A stretch of 64,000 nucleotides of DNA from contig JAAOZP010000017.1 in assembly GCA_011605725.1 (NCBI GenBank), positions 128,001 through 192,000 of the forward strand, given 5' to 3'. Below, piece after piece: positions 45,658-55,461 of the stretch. This DNA is from Nitrososphaerota archaeon. Its GTDB lineage: Archaea > Thermoproteota > EX4484-205 > JAAOZP01. The position numbers and the translations under genes are program-made. Position 1 is the first letter of the stretch, and every line of letters begins with the position of its first letter. Below the pieces are notes generated by a model. It worked only from the letters and a program-made list of their open reading frames with translations, made no database searches and was not told where the DNA came from.

Positions 45658-47088
45658 TCAGCCTCTTACGAGTTCACCTATAAGCCTGTTTTCAGAGTCG
45701 TAGAGCAGGACTCTAAGAGGCATTTCACCTATGGCATGGGTTGCGCAGCTTAGGCAAGGATCTAGAGCACGCACAACAGCCTCAACCCTGTTCAGCATCC
45801 CCTCGCTGAGGCTCCTGCCGTTAACGTATTTTTTAGCAACCTGGGTCACAGCCTTGTTGAAAGCAAGATTATTGTTAACAGTGGCAATTATCAGGTTAAC
45901 CCAGCTTATCCTACCTTGCTCATCAACCTTGTAATGATGGATCAGGGTTCCTCTAGGGGCTTCGATAACCCCTATGCCTTCCCTCCTGTTAAGAGAGGCT
46001 TTAGCCTGAACGTTCACGTCTAAAACTTCAGGATCCCGCAGGATCTCCTCAGCCTTCTCAACGCAGTGGACTATTTCAATCAGGCGGGCGTAGTGGTACA
46101 TGAAGGTGTTTTGAACAACCCCGTTGCCCCCTAGTTTCTTAAAATCCTTGTGAAGGTCGTCTGCAAGCCTTGTGCCGCAGCGTGAGGAAACGTTAAGCCT
46201 AGCCAGCGGGCCAACCCTGTAAACGCCGCCAGGGTAGCCTGCAGGCTTATAGTATGGGAACTTCATGTAGGACCAGTCTTCAACAGCCTCCCCGATGTAC
46301 TCGAAGTATTTAGAAGGATCAAGCTGGTCTGCCACTATCTTTCCATCTGGACTCATTATTCTTATTCTTCCATCGTAATGCTCGAGTCCACCGTCCTGCG
46401 TGACTAGGCCCATGTAGTAGGTTGGAAAATCGCCGAAGTTTTCAACATCCTTATTAAGGCTTTCAAGTGTCTTAGTGAAGATCGAGATCGCGTTTAAAGC
46501 GATCTCAATAGCTTTAGGAGTTTCGGAGAGGATTGCGTCAGCCTTCTCCTTGGAAAGTGGTGTTTTAACGCCACCCGGGAGGATCCAGTCGCTCGAGTGA
46601 ATCCTCCTGCCTGCGAGGCTTTCAATAATGCGCTGCCCGAATTTCCTAAGCCACACTCCCTGCTTAGCGATCTCAGGATATTTTTCAGCAAGGCCGAGAA
46701 TGTTCCTTTTAGACGGGTCTGAATCCATGCCGAGCAGGAAGTCTGGAGAAGAAAGGTAGAAGAAGCTTAAAGCGTGCGACTGTATTATTTGACCCATATG
46801 CATCAGCCTACGTAGCAAGACAGCTGTTCTAGGTGTTTCAACCGCAACAAGGTTATCGCATGCCTTAGCAGAAGCCAGAAGGTGGCTTACTGGGCATATG
46901 CCGCATATTCTTGAAGTAATACCCGGCATCTCGTAGAACGGCCTGCCTTCGCAGAATTTTTCAAACCCTCTGAAATCCGTAACATGGAACCTGGCCTCTC
47001 TGACTGAACCGTCGTCGTTAAGATGTATAGTTATCTTCGCATGCCCCTCTATCCTGGTGACGGGGTTAACAACAATCTCCCTAACCAT
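45658..47088 (-). CDS. hoxH: [NiFe]-hydrogenase large subunit, HoxH (group 3d) type
   Basis: PVTRIEGH, L1 RICGICPVSH, and L2 DPCLSCATH followed by a cleavable IGEMPL... extension. Confidence 0.9.
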   Translation of the reverse strand: MVREIVVNPVTRIEGHAKITIHLNDDGSVREARFHVTDFRGFEKFCEGRPFYEMPGITSRICGICPVSHLLASAKACDNLVAVETPRTAVLLRRLMHMGQIIQSHALSFFYLSSPDFLLGMDSDPSKRNILGLAEKYPEIAKQGVWLRKFGQRIIESLAGRRIHSSDWILPGGVKTPLSKEKADAILSETPKAIEIALNAISIFTKTLESLNKDVENFGDFPTYYMGLVTQDGGLEHYDGRIRIMSPDGKIVADQLDPSKYFEYIGEAVEDWSYMKFPYYKPAGYPGGVYRVGPLARLNVSSRCGTRLADDLHKDFKKLGGNGVVQNTFMYHYARLIEIVHCVEKAEEILRDPEVLDVNVQAKASLNRREGIGVIEAPRGTLIHHYKVDEQGRISWVNLIIATVNNNLAFNKAVTQVAKKYVNGRSLSEGMLNRVEAVVRALDPCLSCATHAIGEMPLRVLLYDSENRLIGELVRG

Positions 47089-47104
47089 TTTTCAAACCAT
47101 CCTC

Positions 47105-47638
47105 CTAACCATACTTGAACCTGCCCTCTAAAACAGGAGCCCTGCCTTCGAGAAGCTCGTTTAAAACCTGACTTATCAATTCAGCGTTAGGCGGACATCC
47201 TGGAACATAAACGTCAACCTTAACAACCTCGTTCAAAGCAAGAACCCTCTTCAGGAGCCTAGGCACCTGCTCCGGAACACCCTGGTTAAGACTCGCGTTT
47301 TCAACGTATGCTCTCTTCAAAACCTCTTCATCACCGTTTCTCAAACTGTTTCTCAAAGCCGTCACATTCCCGTTTACAGCGCAGTCCCCGAGGGCTACTA
47401 GAATCCTGCTGTTTCTCCTAATCTTTTTCAGAAGCTGAAGCTGCTCCTCGTTTCCAACCGCACCCTCAACAAGCGTTACGTCAACGTTCTCAGGAAAATC
47501 CTTAACGTCAGCGATCGGACTGTAGACAAGCTCCGCCTTTCCAGCTAACTCAAGAATCTTCTCATCCTGGTCGAGAAAGGACATGTGGCACCCCGAGCAG
47601 CCGCTCAGCCAGACCGTCGCCAGCCTAATTTTAGCCAA
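47105..47638 (-). CDS. hoxY: [NiFe]-hydrogenase small subunit HoxY (single proximal cluster)
   Basis: WLSGCSGCHMSFLD, VEGAV, LGDCA and PGCPP; short (177 aa). Confidence 0.92.
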   Translation of the reverse strand: MAKIRLATVWLSGCSGCHMSFLDQDEKILELAGKAELVYSPIADVKDFPENVDVTLVEGAVGNEEQLQLLKKIRRNSRILVALGDCAVNGNVTALRNSLRNGDEEVLKRAYVENASLNQGVPEQVPRLLKRVLALNEVVKVDVYVPGCPPNAELISQVLNELLEGRAPVLEGRFKYG

Positions 47639-48343
47639 CTACTTCTCACTCCTCCTCTCCATTATGAATGAGACAAGATCCTTCTTCTTAACCTCTGAAA
47701 GAGGCTTACCCTTAACGTAGAGTGCTCCAACCGGGCATGATGCGGAGCATTTTCCGCAGGAGGTGCAGGACCGTGAGAAACCCCAGTTTTCATCAAGGTC
47801 GAAAATAACCTTAGAATTCTTGCCCCTGAGCATCAGGTCCAAGGTGTGCACGCCCTCAACCTCGTCGCAAACCCTGATGCAGCGCGTGCAAAGTATGCAC
47901 CTGTTAGGGTCGTACGCGAACCTCTCGTGAGTAAGGTCAACCTCGTAATCCGTCCACTCCCTGTCAACCCTAAGATGGTCGACACCCAGCTCAGTAGCAA
48001 GCTGCTGCAGCTCGCAGCTCCCGTTGGCCACGCAAACCGAGCAGACATGAGGCCTCTCAGCCAAGAGAAGCTCCACCGCCCATCTCCGGTAGCGCCTAAG
48101 CTTCTCGGAATCCGTAACCACCTCCATGCCGCCTGTAACAGGCGTGACGCATGAGGCGAAGACCCTGGGAGAGCCCTTCAGTTCAACCACGCAGACCCTG
48201 CATCCGCCGAATGACGAGACTCCTTCAAGATAGCATAGAGCTGGAATATACAGCCCGTTCCTTCTCGCAGCCTCAAGAATAGTCTCTCCTTCTTTAGCAG
48301 TAACCTTCTTACCGTCTATGGTGAGCTCTACAGGCTTACTCAA
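47639..48343 (-). CDS. hoxU: Diaphorase Fe-S subunit HoxU
   Basis: IPALC..GGCRVCVVE, HVCSVCVANGSCELQ, CILCTRCIRVCDEVEG and CTSCGKC...CP. Start taken at TTG 48343 after GGAGGTGG. Confidence 0.92.
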   Translation of the reverse strand: MSKPVELTIDGKKVTAKEGETILEAARRNGLYIPALCYLEGVSSFGGCRVCVVELKGSPRVFASCVTPVTGGMEVVTDSEKLRRYRRWAVELLLAERPHVCSVCVANGSCELQQLATELGVDHLRVDREWTDYEVDLTHERFAYDPNRCILCTRCIRVCDEVEGVHTLDLMLRGKNSKVIFDLDENWGFSRSCTSCGKCSASCPVGALYVKGKPLSEVKKKDLVSFIMERRSEK

Positions 48344-49988
48344 CTCCACCACCTCCACTGTTCCCGAAACATTTGCCTGCGGGACACCTCTTCTCTACAA
48401 GGTGCGCAATATACTCGTCCCTAAAGTACCTGAGCGTCGTCAGAGTCGGGTTTGGCGCTGTCTGACCTAGGCCGCATAGGCTGGCCTCCTTAATGAACTC
48501 GCATAATTCCTCAACCTTTGAGAAGTCTTCAACACTCCCTTCCCCGCGCGTGAACCCGTCTAGAACCTTGTAAAGCTTGTAAAGACCAGCCCTACAGGGA
48601 GTACATTTCCCGCATGACTCGTCCACGCAGAACTCTGTGAAGAACTTTGCTGTGTCAACCATGCATGACGTGTCGTCAAGCACAACTATCCCGCCTGAGC
48701 CCATTATGGCACCCGCCTTAGTCAGAGACTCGTAGTCTATCGGGAGGTCGAGAAGCTGCTCGGGCAGGAATCCTCCTGAGGGCCCGCCTACCTGAACAGC
48801 CTTGAAACGCCTACCTGGCGCGACGCCCCCGCCTATGTCGAACACAACCTCCCTCAGAGTAATCCCCATGGGCACTTCGATCAAGCCAGGGTTGTTAACC
48901 TTGCCGGTGAGAGAGAAGCATTTCGTCCCAGTGCAGTTCTTGGAGCCTATGCTTGAGAACCATTCACTACCCTTAAGCAGTATTACTGGAACATTAGCCA
49001 GAGTCTCAACGTTGTTTATCAAAGTAGGCTTCCCCCAGAGGCCTGACTGCGCGGGATACGGGGGCCTAGGCCTAGGCATGGCTCTACGTCCCTCTATCGA
49101 TGCCAGTATCGCTGTCTCCTCACCCGCTACGAACGCTCCCGCGCCCAGCCTCAGCTCAACGTCGAAGCTGAAGGAAGTCTCGAAAATATTGTCGCCAAGC
49201 ACACCCATACTCCTCGCAGCTTCAATAGCCTTCTTAAGAGTCTGAACAGCCAACGGGTATTCGCTGCGCACATATATGTAGCCCTTTTGAGAGCCCACGG
49301 CGTAGGCGGCTATCGCCATTCCCTCCAGAATCGCATGTGGATCAGCCTCGGCTAGAGTACGGTTCGCGAAAACACCTGGGTCACCCTCATCCAAGTTCGC
49401 TATAACGTATTTCGGCGACCCTGGTGCTCTAGCAACATACCTCCATTTCAAGCCTGTCAGGAAGCCGGCTCCACCACGCCCCTTCAACCCGCTTAAAGCA
49501 ACCTCTTCAATCACACCCTGTGGAGTCATCCTGGTTAAAGCCTTGAGCAGCGCGTAATACCCGCCTACAGCAATATAATCTTCTATTCTTAAAGGATCTA
49601 TTTTACCAGCGTTTCTTAAGACGATCCTCAGCTGCTTCTTGAAGAAGGCTTCATTACCGTAGAGCATGCTTTTAACAGGCCTGCCGCCGACAATATGCTC
49701 CTTAACTATCTCCCTAGCCTTTTCAGGAGTAACGTTCTGATAAAGATAGTCACCCGGCTCCACGAGAACAGCCGGCGCTAGGGAACAAGTACCAACACAG
49801 CCCGTTCTCGCAACGTAACACTCCTCCTCAACCCCGAATTCCCTCACAGCATCCTTGAAGGCGCTTAAAACCTTTAAAGACCCGAAAGGCATGCAGCCGC
49901 TTGAGCAGCAAACGTTTATCCTGTACCTGTAGGACTTGCGAAGCTCAGACTCTTTCTGAGCGAGGCTGCGAAGCTCATCTGGCTTCAA
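48336..49988 (-). CDS. hoxF: Diaphorase FMN/NAD-binding subunit HoxF (NuoF-like, with N-terminal thioredoxin-like 2Fe-2S domain)
   Basis: GLKGRGGAGF, DEGDPG, GAGAFVAGEET, NNVET and ESCGKCTPCR...SLCGLGQ. Confidence 0.92.
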   Translation of the reverse strand: MKPDELRSLAQKESELRKSYRYRINVCCSSGCMPFGSLKVLSAFKDAVREFGVEEECYVARTGCVGTCSLAPAVLVEPGDYLYQNVTPEKAREIVKEHIVGGRPVKSMLYGNEAFFKKQLRIVLRNAGKIDPLRIEDYIAVGGYYALLKALTRMTPQGVIEEVALSGLKGRGGAGFLTGLKWRYVARAPGSPKYVIANLDEGDPGVFANRTLAEADPHAILEGMAIAAYAVGSQKGYIYVRSEYPLAVQTLKKAIEAARSMGVLGDNIFETSFSFDVELRLGAGAFVAGEETAILASIEGRRAMPRPRPPYPAQSGLWGKPTLINNVETLANVPVILLKGSEWFSSIGSKNCTGTKCFSLTGKVNNPGLIEVPMGITLREVVFDIGGGVAPGRRFKAVQVGGPSGGFLPEQLLDLPIDYESLTKAGAIMGSGGIVVLDDTSCMVDTAKFFTEFCVDESCGKCTPCRAGLYKLYKVLDGFTRGEGSVEDFSKVEELCEFIKEASLCGLGQTAPNPTLTTLRYFRDEYIAHLVEKRCPAGKCFGNSGGGGVE

Positions 49989-50493
49989 CCATCTCAGCCC
50001 CCATGGCAGATTTCACTTTTCTCAACACGTCTTCTGGAGTAGCTTTCCCGATTACTTCTCCGTCGACGATAGCGTTAGGAGCCATTGCACACGCCCCGAT
50101 GCATCTTGTTACGAAAAGCGAGAGTCTTCCGTCGCTAGTGGTTCCCCCACGTTTAAGGTTAAACTCCCTCTCTATGGTTGAAACAATGTTCTCAGCACCC
50201 TTAACATAGCAGGCTGTCCCCATGCAAACCGTCACGACGTGCATACCAGGCTTCTTCAGCTTGAAAAGGTTGTAGAATGTTGCAACACCGTAGACGTGGC
50301 TCGGGGGAAGACGGAGCTGTCTTGAAATATGCTGTAGAAGATCTTTATCCAAATAACCGTAGAGCTCCTGAGCAGTATGGAGAATCTCCAGTAGAGCATC
50401 CTTACTATACTGATGCTGTTTAATAGCTGCTTCAAGCATCTGGAGGCGCCGATCGCTTTTCACACCGGTTTGCTGACCCCCTGAATTAGGCAT
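49975..50493 (-). CDS. hoxE: 2Fe-2S subunit HoxE (NuoE-like)
   Basis: GVATFY, VCMGTACYVKG and RCIGACAMAP. Confidence 0.92.
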   Translation of the reverse strand: MPNSGGQQTGVKSDRRLQMLEAAIKQHQYSKDALLEILHTAQELYGYLDKDLLQHISRQLRLPPSHVYGVATFYNLFKLKKPGMHVVTVCMGTACYVKGAENIVSTIEREFNLKRGGTTSDGRLSLFVTRCIGACAMAPNAIVDGEVIGKATPEDVLRKVKSAMGAEMVEAR

Positions 50494-50647
50494 TACACAG
50501 CCGTCGAAGGGGCCTTTAGACTAATATTTAAGAATTTGCCCGATTAGAATCAGCAGAGTTGCAACTAGTCTAGAGGAAACAGCTTTCCAAACATGAGTTA
50601 AAGATTTATAAAAAAGTGTGTAAAAGACATTAACCCGTGATAACGGA

Positions 50648-51676
50648 ATGTCGTTCATAATAAAGAGGGAAGACATTCCACATTTCTCTAGACACGTAAT
50701 CTCGAAGGGCTACACTCTTTTTGCACCGGTTAAAGGAGAGTTTAAACATTCCTTTAAGAAGATCGCTGAGAATCAGGTTGAAGATGTTTCGCTCGACTTT
50801 GTTAGAACAACGATGCCACCTTTAAAGAGCCTGCTAATACCTCCTAGGGAAACCCTGTTAAAAATCAGAAACGGAAAGGTTGAGGAGACGCTTCCCGACG
50901 CAACCAGTAGGACTGCAATCCTAGGTGTTCACCCTTGCGACGTAAACGCGATGAGCCTGTTGGAGAGGGTCTACATGGACCGGCCTAAGGACCCTTACTT
51001 CGAGGCGAGGAGGAAAAGCCTTCTCGTAATAGCCTTAAACTGTAAAACTGCTGACGAGTATTGCTTCTGCACATCATTCGGAACAGGCCCGTCACTCGAG
51101 GAGGGGTTTGACCTTCTCCTGACAGACTTGGGAGACAGGTTCCTGTTGGAAACAGGCTCCAGGAAAGGGGCTGAACTGATAAGCGACTTCTACATGCCTC
51201 GAGCCACAAGCACGGATATTCTTGAGAAGGACGATACGATAAGGAGGGTTAAAGGAATGATAAGGAGACATGTGAACACAGCCGGCCTCCAAAGGATAAT
51301 GATAGGAGCACTTTACAACCCTATTTGGAACGAGCTCGCAGGCATGTGCACAGGCTGCGGCGCCTGCAACATGGTTTGCCCCACATGCTTCTGCTTCAAC
51401 ATGACGGATGAGCCGGAGCTTGACTCAGGCGGCACGGTGAGAATCAGAACATGGGACGGCTGCTTACTATGGGAGTACGCTGAAGTAGCATTAGGCGGAA
51501 ACTTCAGGAGGGACCTGTCGGCAAGGATCAGGCAGTTCGTAAACCATAAGATGAATTATTGGCTGAACCAGTATGGCTCCCTTGGATGCGTGGGCTGCGG
51601 GAGATGTATAGAGCAGTGTCCTGCAGGAATAGATATAACAAGGGTTGTAGCCAGGCTGAGAGGTGAGACGCCGTGA
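50648..51676 (+). CDS. hydB: Group 3b (sulfhydrogenase) beta subunit, Fe-S
   Basis: HPCD, CFC, CTGCGACNMVCPTCFC and CVGCGRCIEQCP. Confidence 0.9.
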   Translation: MSFIIKREDIPHFSRHVISKGYTLFAPVKGEFKHSFKKIAENQVEDVSLDFVRTTMPPLKSLLIPPRETLLKIRNGKVEETLPDATSRTAILGVHPCDVNAMSLLERVYMDRPKDPYFEARRKSLLVIALNCKTADEYCFCTSFGTGPSLEEGFDLLLTDLGDRFLLETGSRKGAELISDFYMPRATSTDILEKDDTIRRVKGMIRRHVNTAGLQRIMIGALYNPIWNELAGMCTGCGACNMVCPTCFCFNMTDEPELDSGGTVRIRTWDGCLLWEYAEVALGGNFRRDLSARIRQFVNHKMNYWLNQYGSLGCVGCGRCIEQCPAGIDITRVVARLRGETP

Positions 51677-52512
51677 GCAACGGGTTTGAAAACCCATATG
51701 TGCCTGCTTTCGCAAAAGTCGTAGAGGTTAGGAACGAGAACAGTATTACAAAGACCTTTACAATGAGCATGTTGAACGGCGAGGCTTTAAGGTTTAGGCC
51801 AGGCCAGTTCAACATAGTATCATACTTCGGAGTTGGGGAATCAGCCTTCTCCATTTGTTCAAACCCTGAGGAGAGAAACACGTTTGAAAACACCGTCAGG
51901 AGAGTTGGCAGAGTCACCACGGCGCTTTTCAACGTTAAGCCTGGAGACGTTCTTGGAATCAGAGGACCCTATGGGAAACCATGGCCGCTTGAGAAGGCTG
52001 CGGGTAACGATCTTATACTGATAGCAGGAGGTATGGGTCTGGCCCCGTTAAGACCAGTGATACACTACGTAGCTAGGCACAGAGACCTCTATGGCTCCGT
52101 GGACCTACTTTACGGCGCTAGAACCCCTGACGACATGATATACACTTATGAGTTTGAATCGTGGAGAAACATTCCTAACATGCGTCTCTATCTTACTGTA
52201 GACTATGTTCCTCAAAACGTTAAATGGGAACACGATGTGGGAGTAGTCACTGAGCTGTTAAGATATGTGAAGCCGCGGATGCGTTACACCACGGTCTTCG
52301 TATGCGGGCCGGAAGTGATGATGAAGTTCACTGCGCAGCTGCTGCTTAGAATGGGCTTCTACCCGTCTGAGGTCTATCTCTCGCTGGAAAGGAGGATGAA
52401 GTGTGGAATAGGGAAGTGTGGACACTGTCAGATAGGCTACAAGTATGTTTGCAAGGACGGGCCCGTGTTCAACCTGGAGGAGATTGGCCTCCTTCCAGAC
52501 GTGATTGAGTGA
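51673..52512 (+). CDS. hydG: Group 3b gamma subunit (FAD/NAD(P)-binding, 2Fe-2S)
   Basis: PGQF, RGPYG, AGGMGLAPLR, CGPEVMM and ERRMKCGIGKCGHC...CKDGPVF. Confidence 0.92.
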   Translation: MSNGFENPYVPAFAKVVEVRNENSITKTFTMSMLNGEALRFRPGQFNIVSYFGVGESAFSICSNPEERNTFENTVRRVGRVTTALFNVKPGDVLGIRGPYGKPWPLEKAAGNDLILIAGGMGLAPLRPVIHYVARHRDLYGSVDLLYGARTPDDMIYTYEFESWRNIPNMRLYLTVDYVPQNVKWEHDVGVVTELLRYVKPRMRYTTVFVCGPEVMMKFTAQLLLRMGFYPSEVYLSLERRMKCGIGKCGHCQIGYKYVCKDGPVFNLEEIGLLPDVIE

Positions 52513-52523
52513 GGTGGTTGAAA

Positions 52524-53273
52524 ATGGTTGATAAGCTTAAGGTTGGAGTCTTCAAGCTCACATCCTGCTCAGGATGCCAAATGGTTCTAGTTCACCTGGA
52601 GGAAAGCCTGCTTGAAGTTCTTAAGCATATTGATTTAAAGTATTTCAGAATGGTTAGTGACGATGATCTCCCTAACGAGCCTCTTGATGCAGCGCTTGTT
52701 GAAGGCGCGGTTACTAATGAGGAGGAGGCTGCGATGCTGAAAAAGATTAGAAGGCTGTCGAGATTCCTGGTTGCAACCGGAGCCTGCGCAGCCACCGGTG
52801 GGGTCAACGCGATGAAGAACATTACTCCTGAAGGAGAGGTTGAAAGCATAGTCTACTCTTCGCCTGAATACGTAAGGTCCGGAAAAGCATTCGGGTTGAA
52901 TGAATACGTCAAGGTCGACGCATACTTATACGGATGCCCCATAGACAGGAATGAACTCGTCAACACGCTTATGTCACTAGTGCTTCGTGTCCCGCCGTAC
53001 ATACCTGGTTTAACCGTATGCATGGAGTGTAAGATGAAGGGTAACGAGTGTGTTTTCCTTACGAGAAGGGAGCCGTGCCTCGGCCCGGTTACAGTAGGAG
53101 GCTGCGGCGCACTATGTCCCTCGAACAACGTGGCTTGTGAAGGTTGCAGGGGTGTTTTGAAAGGCACTAACGTGAACGGCTTAGTATCAGCCTGGGAGAA
53201 AGCAGGAGTAAGCCCTGAGCTCATCCGGATCAAGCTCAGGAAGTACACGGTTTATCCGGTTGCTGGAAGGTGA
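52524..53273 (+). CDS. hydD: Group 3b small (delta) subunit
   Basis: TSCSGCQ, GACA, GCP, VCMECK, CLGPVT..GCGALCP and CEGCRG. Confidence 0.92.
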   Translation: MVDKLKVGVFKLTSCSGCQMVLVHLEESLLEVLKHIDLKYFRMVSDDDLPNEPLDAALVEGAVTNEEEAAMLKKIRRLSRFLVATGACAATGGVNAMKNITPEGEVESIVYSSPEYVRSGKAFGLNEYVKVDAYLYGCPIDRNELVNTLMSLVLRVPPYIPGLTVCMECKMKGNECVFLTRREPCLGPVTVGGCGALCPSNNVACEGCRGVLKGTNVNGLVSAWEKAGVSPELIRIKLRKYTVYPVAGR

Positions 53274-53279
53274 TGCAGC

Positions 53280-54566
53280 ATGGCTGACAGAACTATAGTC
53301 TACGAGTATATTAGCAGGGTTGAGGGACAGGGCTCGCTAGAGGTTACAATCTCAGGCGGCGAGGTTGTGGATGCTAAGCTGAAAATATTTGAAGCACCAA
53401 GGTTCTTCGAAGCATTCCTTAGAGGCAGGAAGGCTCTTGAACTGCCTGAATTAACCGCCAGAATATGCGGAATATGCCCCATAGCTCACGTGATAACCGC
53501 GGCAAAAGCTGTTGAAAACGCTCTAGAAATCGCTCTAGACGAGAAGACCATAGCGTTGAGAAAGGCGCTAGCCCTCTCCGGAATAATGCAGAGCCACGCG
53601 CTCCACGTATATTTCCTAGCAGCCCCCGACTTCCTCGGCTACCCGAGCGCGATAGCAGCCTCAAAGGATCTTGCAGACGTTGTGCGCAGAGGCTTCAGGC
53701 TGAAAAGAGTTGCGAACATGGTTTCCGAATACATAGGCGGGAGGGCTGTGCACCCTGTAACTCTTACGGTAGGAGGCTTCACCAAGCCTCCTCATGCCGA
53801 CGGATTAGAGAAGGTTCATAATGCTCTTGAAAACGCTTTAAGAGACGCTTTAGAAACAGTTAAGCTTGTCTCAGGCTTCAACTACCCTGAGTTTGAGCCT
53901 AACCACGTTAACGTTGCGCTTTCCAGTGGAGACGGATACGCGATAACTGAAGGCTTTGCGAAAGCAAGTTCCGGAGAATATTTTGAAAGCAGGGATTATC
54001 GGAGATACGTGTCTGAGGAGCAGGTTCCCCATTCAAACACGAAGAGGTCGATGTTTAAAAACAATAGTGCCTTCGAAGTAGGCCCGGTTTCAAGGTTCAA
54101 TCTCAACTATGAGTCGCTCTGCAACACGGCTAAGGAGGCTGCTGAGAAAGCCGGCATAAAGCCACCTGTGAAGAATCCTTTCAAGTCGACAATCGTCAGG
54201 GCTGTTGAAATAGTGCAGGCGATAGAGGAGATGAGGAGCATACTGGGAGAGGGAGTAAGTATCCCGCCCCCAAGGAAAACCAGGTTCCGACAGAGCAGCG
54301 GTTCAGCGTTGACTGAAGCGCCTAGAGGGCTATTATACCACTCTTACTCCATCGACAGGGATGGCAACGTTTTGAATGCTGACATCGTTACCCCGACTGC
54401 TCATAATTCTTGGAGAATAGAGAGGGATGTTTTCGAACTGGTTCCCTCAGTAGCCCACTTGGATGACGAGTCTCTAAAAAGGTTGCTCGGCATGCTTGTG
54501 AGAGCTTACGACCCATGCATATCCTGCTCCGTCCACGCGTTCACCGTTAAGCTTAACAGGACGTAG
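53280..54566 (+). CDS. hydA: Group 3b [NiFe] large (alpha) subunit
   Basis: SRVEGQG, L1 RICGICPIAH, EAPRG, TPTA, and L2 DPCISCSVH with a short extension. Confidence 0.92.
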   Translation: MADRTIVYEYISRVEGQGSLEVTISGGEVVDAKLKIFEAPRFFEAFLRGRKALELPELTARICGICPIAHVITAAKAVENALEIALDEKTIALRKALALSGIMQSHALHVYFLAAPDFLGYPSAIAASKDLADVVRRGFRLKRVANMVSEYIGGRAVHPVTLTVGGFTKPPHADGLEKVHNALENALRDALETVKLVSGFNYPEFEPNHVNVALSSGDGYAITEGFAKASSGEYFESRDYRRYVSEEQVPHSNTKRSMFKNNSAFEVGPVSRFNLNYESLCNTAKEAAEKAGIKPPVKNPFKSTIVRAVEIVQAIEEMRSILGEGVSIPPPRKTRFRQSSGSALTEAPRGLLYHSYSIDRDGNVLNADIVTPTAHNSWRIERDVFELVPSVAHLDDESLKRLLGMLVRAYDPCISCSVHAFTVKLNRT

Positions 54567-54585
54567 GCACAGGGGCTTTAAACTC

Positions 54586-55104
54586 CTACTCTCTTTTTAA
54601 AAGACCTGTAAACTCAGCGGCTTCACGTATAGCTTCAGCCACCTTACTAACATTTTTAAGACATTCCTGGGAAACAGTGGAGCCGAGTTCAAAGTTCTCC
54701 ACGCCTATTCCCAGGATTTTTACGCTTGTTTCCACGGGTTTCCCTAAAGCCTCTAGAAGCAAGGGGAGTGGTATCGCGTGTGTTGAAACCGGTGTTTCCC
54801 GCTTCAAGTCGGCAGGATCCAGGAGCATCAGCCTGTTCCCGTCTGGGAAAACATCCACAATAAGCAGGTGCGAAGGCTTCTCTCCGAAAGCGTAGTCGAT
54901 GCAGTCTTCAACCGTAGCCCCGCATTCAACCACCTTAAACCTTTTGCTGTTGAAAACCCTAAGGGCCCTAGCCACTAGTAGACCGGCAGCATCATCACCC
55001 CTAAGCTCGTTCCCAACCCCTAGGACAATAAGCTTCTCCGCCCCGGCCAGCCATCCTCTTAAGGCGTTTTCAACCAGCTTGTACTGAGAATCCCTATCCT
55101 GCAT
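54586..55104 (-). CDS. Hydrogenase maturation endopeptidase (HycI-like)
   Basis: VLGVGNELRGDDAAG, IVD and STHAIPL. Start taken at ATG 55104, because the longer ORF start overlaps the next gene. Confidence 0.88.
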   Translation of the reverse strand: MQDRDSQYKLVENALRGWLAGAEKLIVLGVGNELRGDDAAGLLVARALRVFNSKRFKVVECGATVEDCIDYAFGEKPSHLLIVDVFPDGNRLMLLDPADLKRETPVSTHAIPLPLLLEALGKPVETSVKILGIGVENFELGSTVSQECLKNVSKVAEAIREAAEFTGLLKRE

Positions 55105-55185
55105 GAACAGGGTTTGAAAAACCCTGGGAGGCTTATTAGTGTTCCGCGTAAAAGCTATATATTTTAGAAACGTTTTAAAAACGGG

Positions 55186-55461
55186 TTGAACGAGGAAAAG
55201 GTTTACGTGGGGAACGTGAGGCACTTCTTCCCAAGGATTAGCGTGGCCATAGTTGACCTTGTCCGGGAGCTTAAGACTGGTGACGAGATACTTATTCAGG
55301 GCAGGACAACAAGCCTCAGGCAGAAGGTTGAGTCGATGGAGATAGAGCATAAGAGGGTTGAGGTTGCTCCAGCAGGCAGCTCAATAGGCTTGAAGACTGT
55401 TGAAAGGGTTAGGGAGGGAGATAGCGTGTACGTTGTCAAGACTTCAGCCCAAGCTCCCTAA
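55186..55461 (+). CDS. Small EF-Tu domain-II-like beta-barrel protein (U32-peptidase C-terminal-like)
   Basis: VGNVRHFFPRISVA...LKTGDEI.I.G....QKVESMEIEH...G.SIGLK...VREGD.VY. Confidence 0.8.
   Translation: MNEEKVYVGNVRHFFPRISVAIVDLVRELKTGDEILIQGRTTSLRQKVESMEIEHKRVEVAPAGSSIGLKTVERVREGDSVYVVKTSAQAP

Noticed and set aside
45658-54566. Possible selenocysteine ([NiFeSe]) or intein in the hydrogenase large subunits
   Set aside because: Both L2 motifs have Cys (DPCLSC, DPCISC), the frames are uninterrupted and the lengths are normal.
55105-55350. 82-aa N-terminal extension of the maturation protease in the ORF track
   Set aside because: It is antisense overlap with the real gene at 55186-55461 and its promoter; homology starts after ATG 55104.
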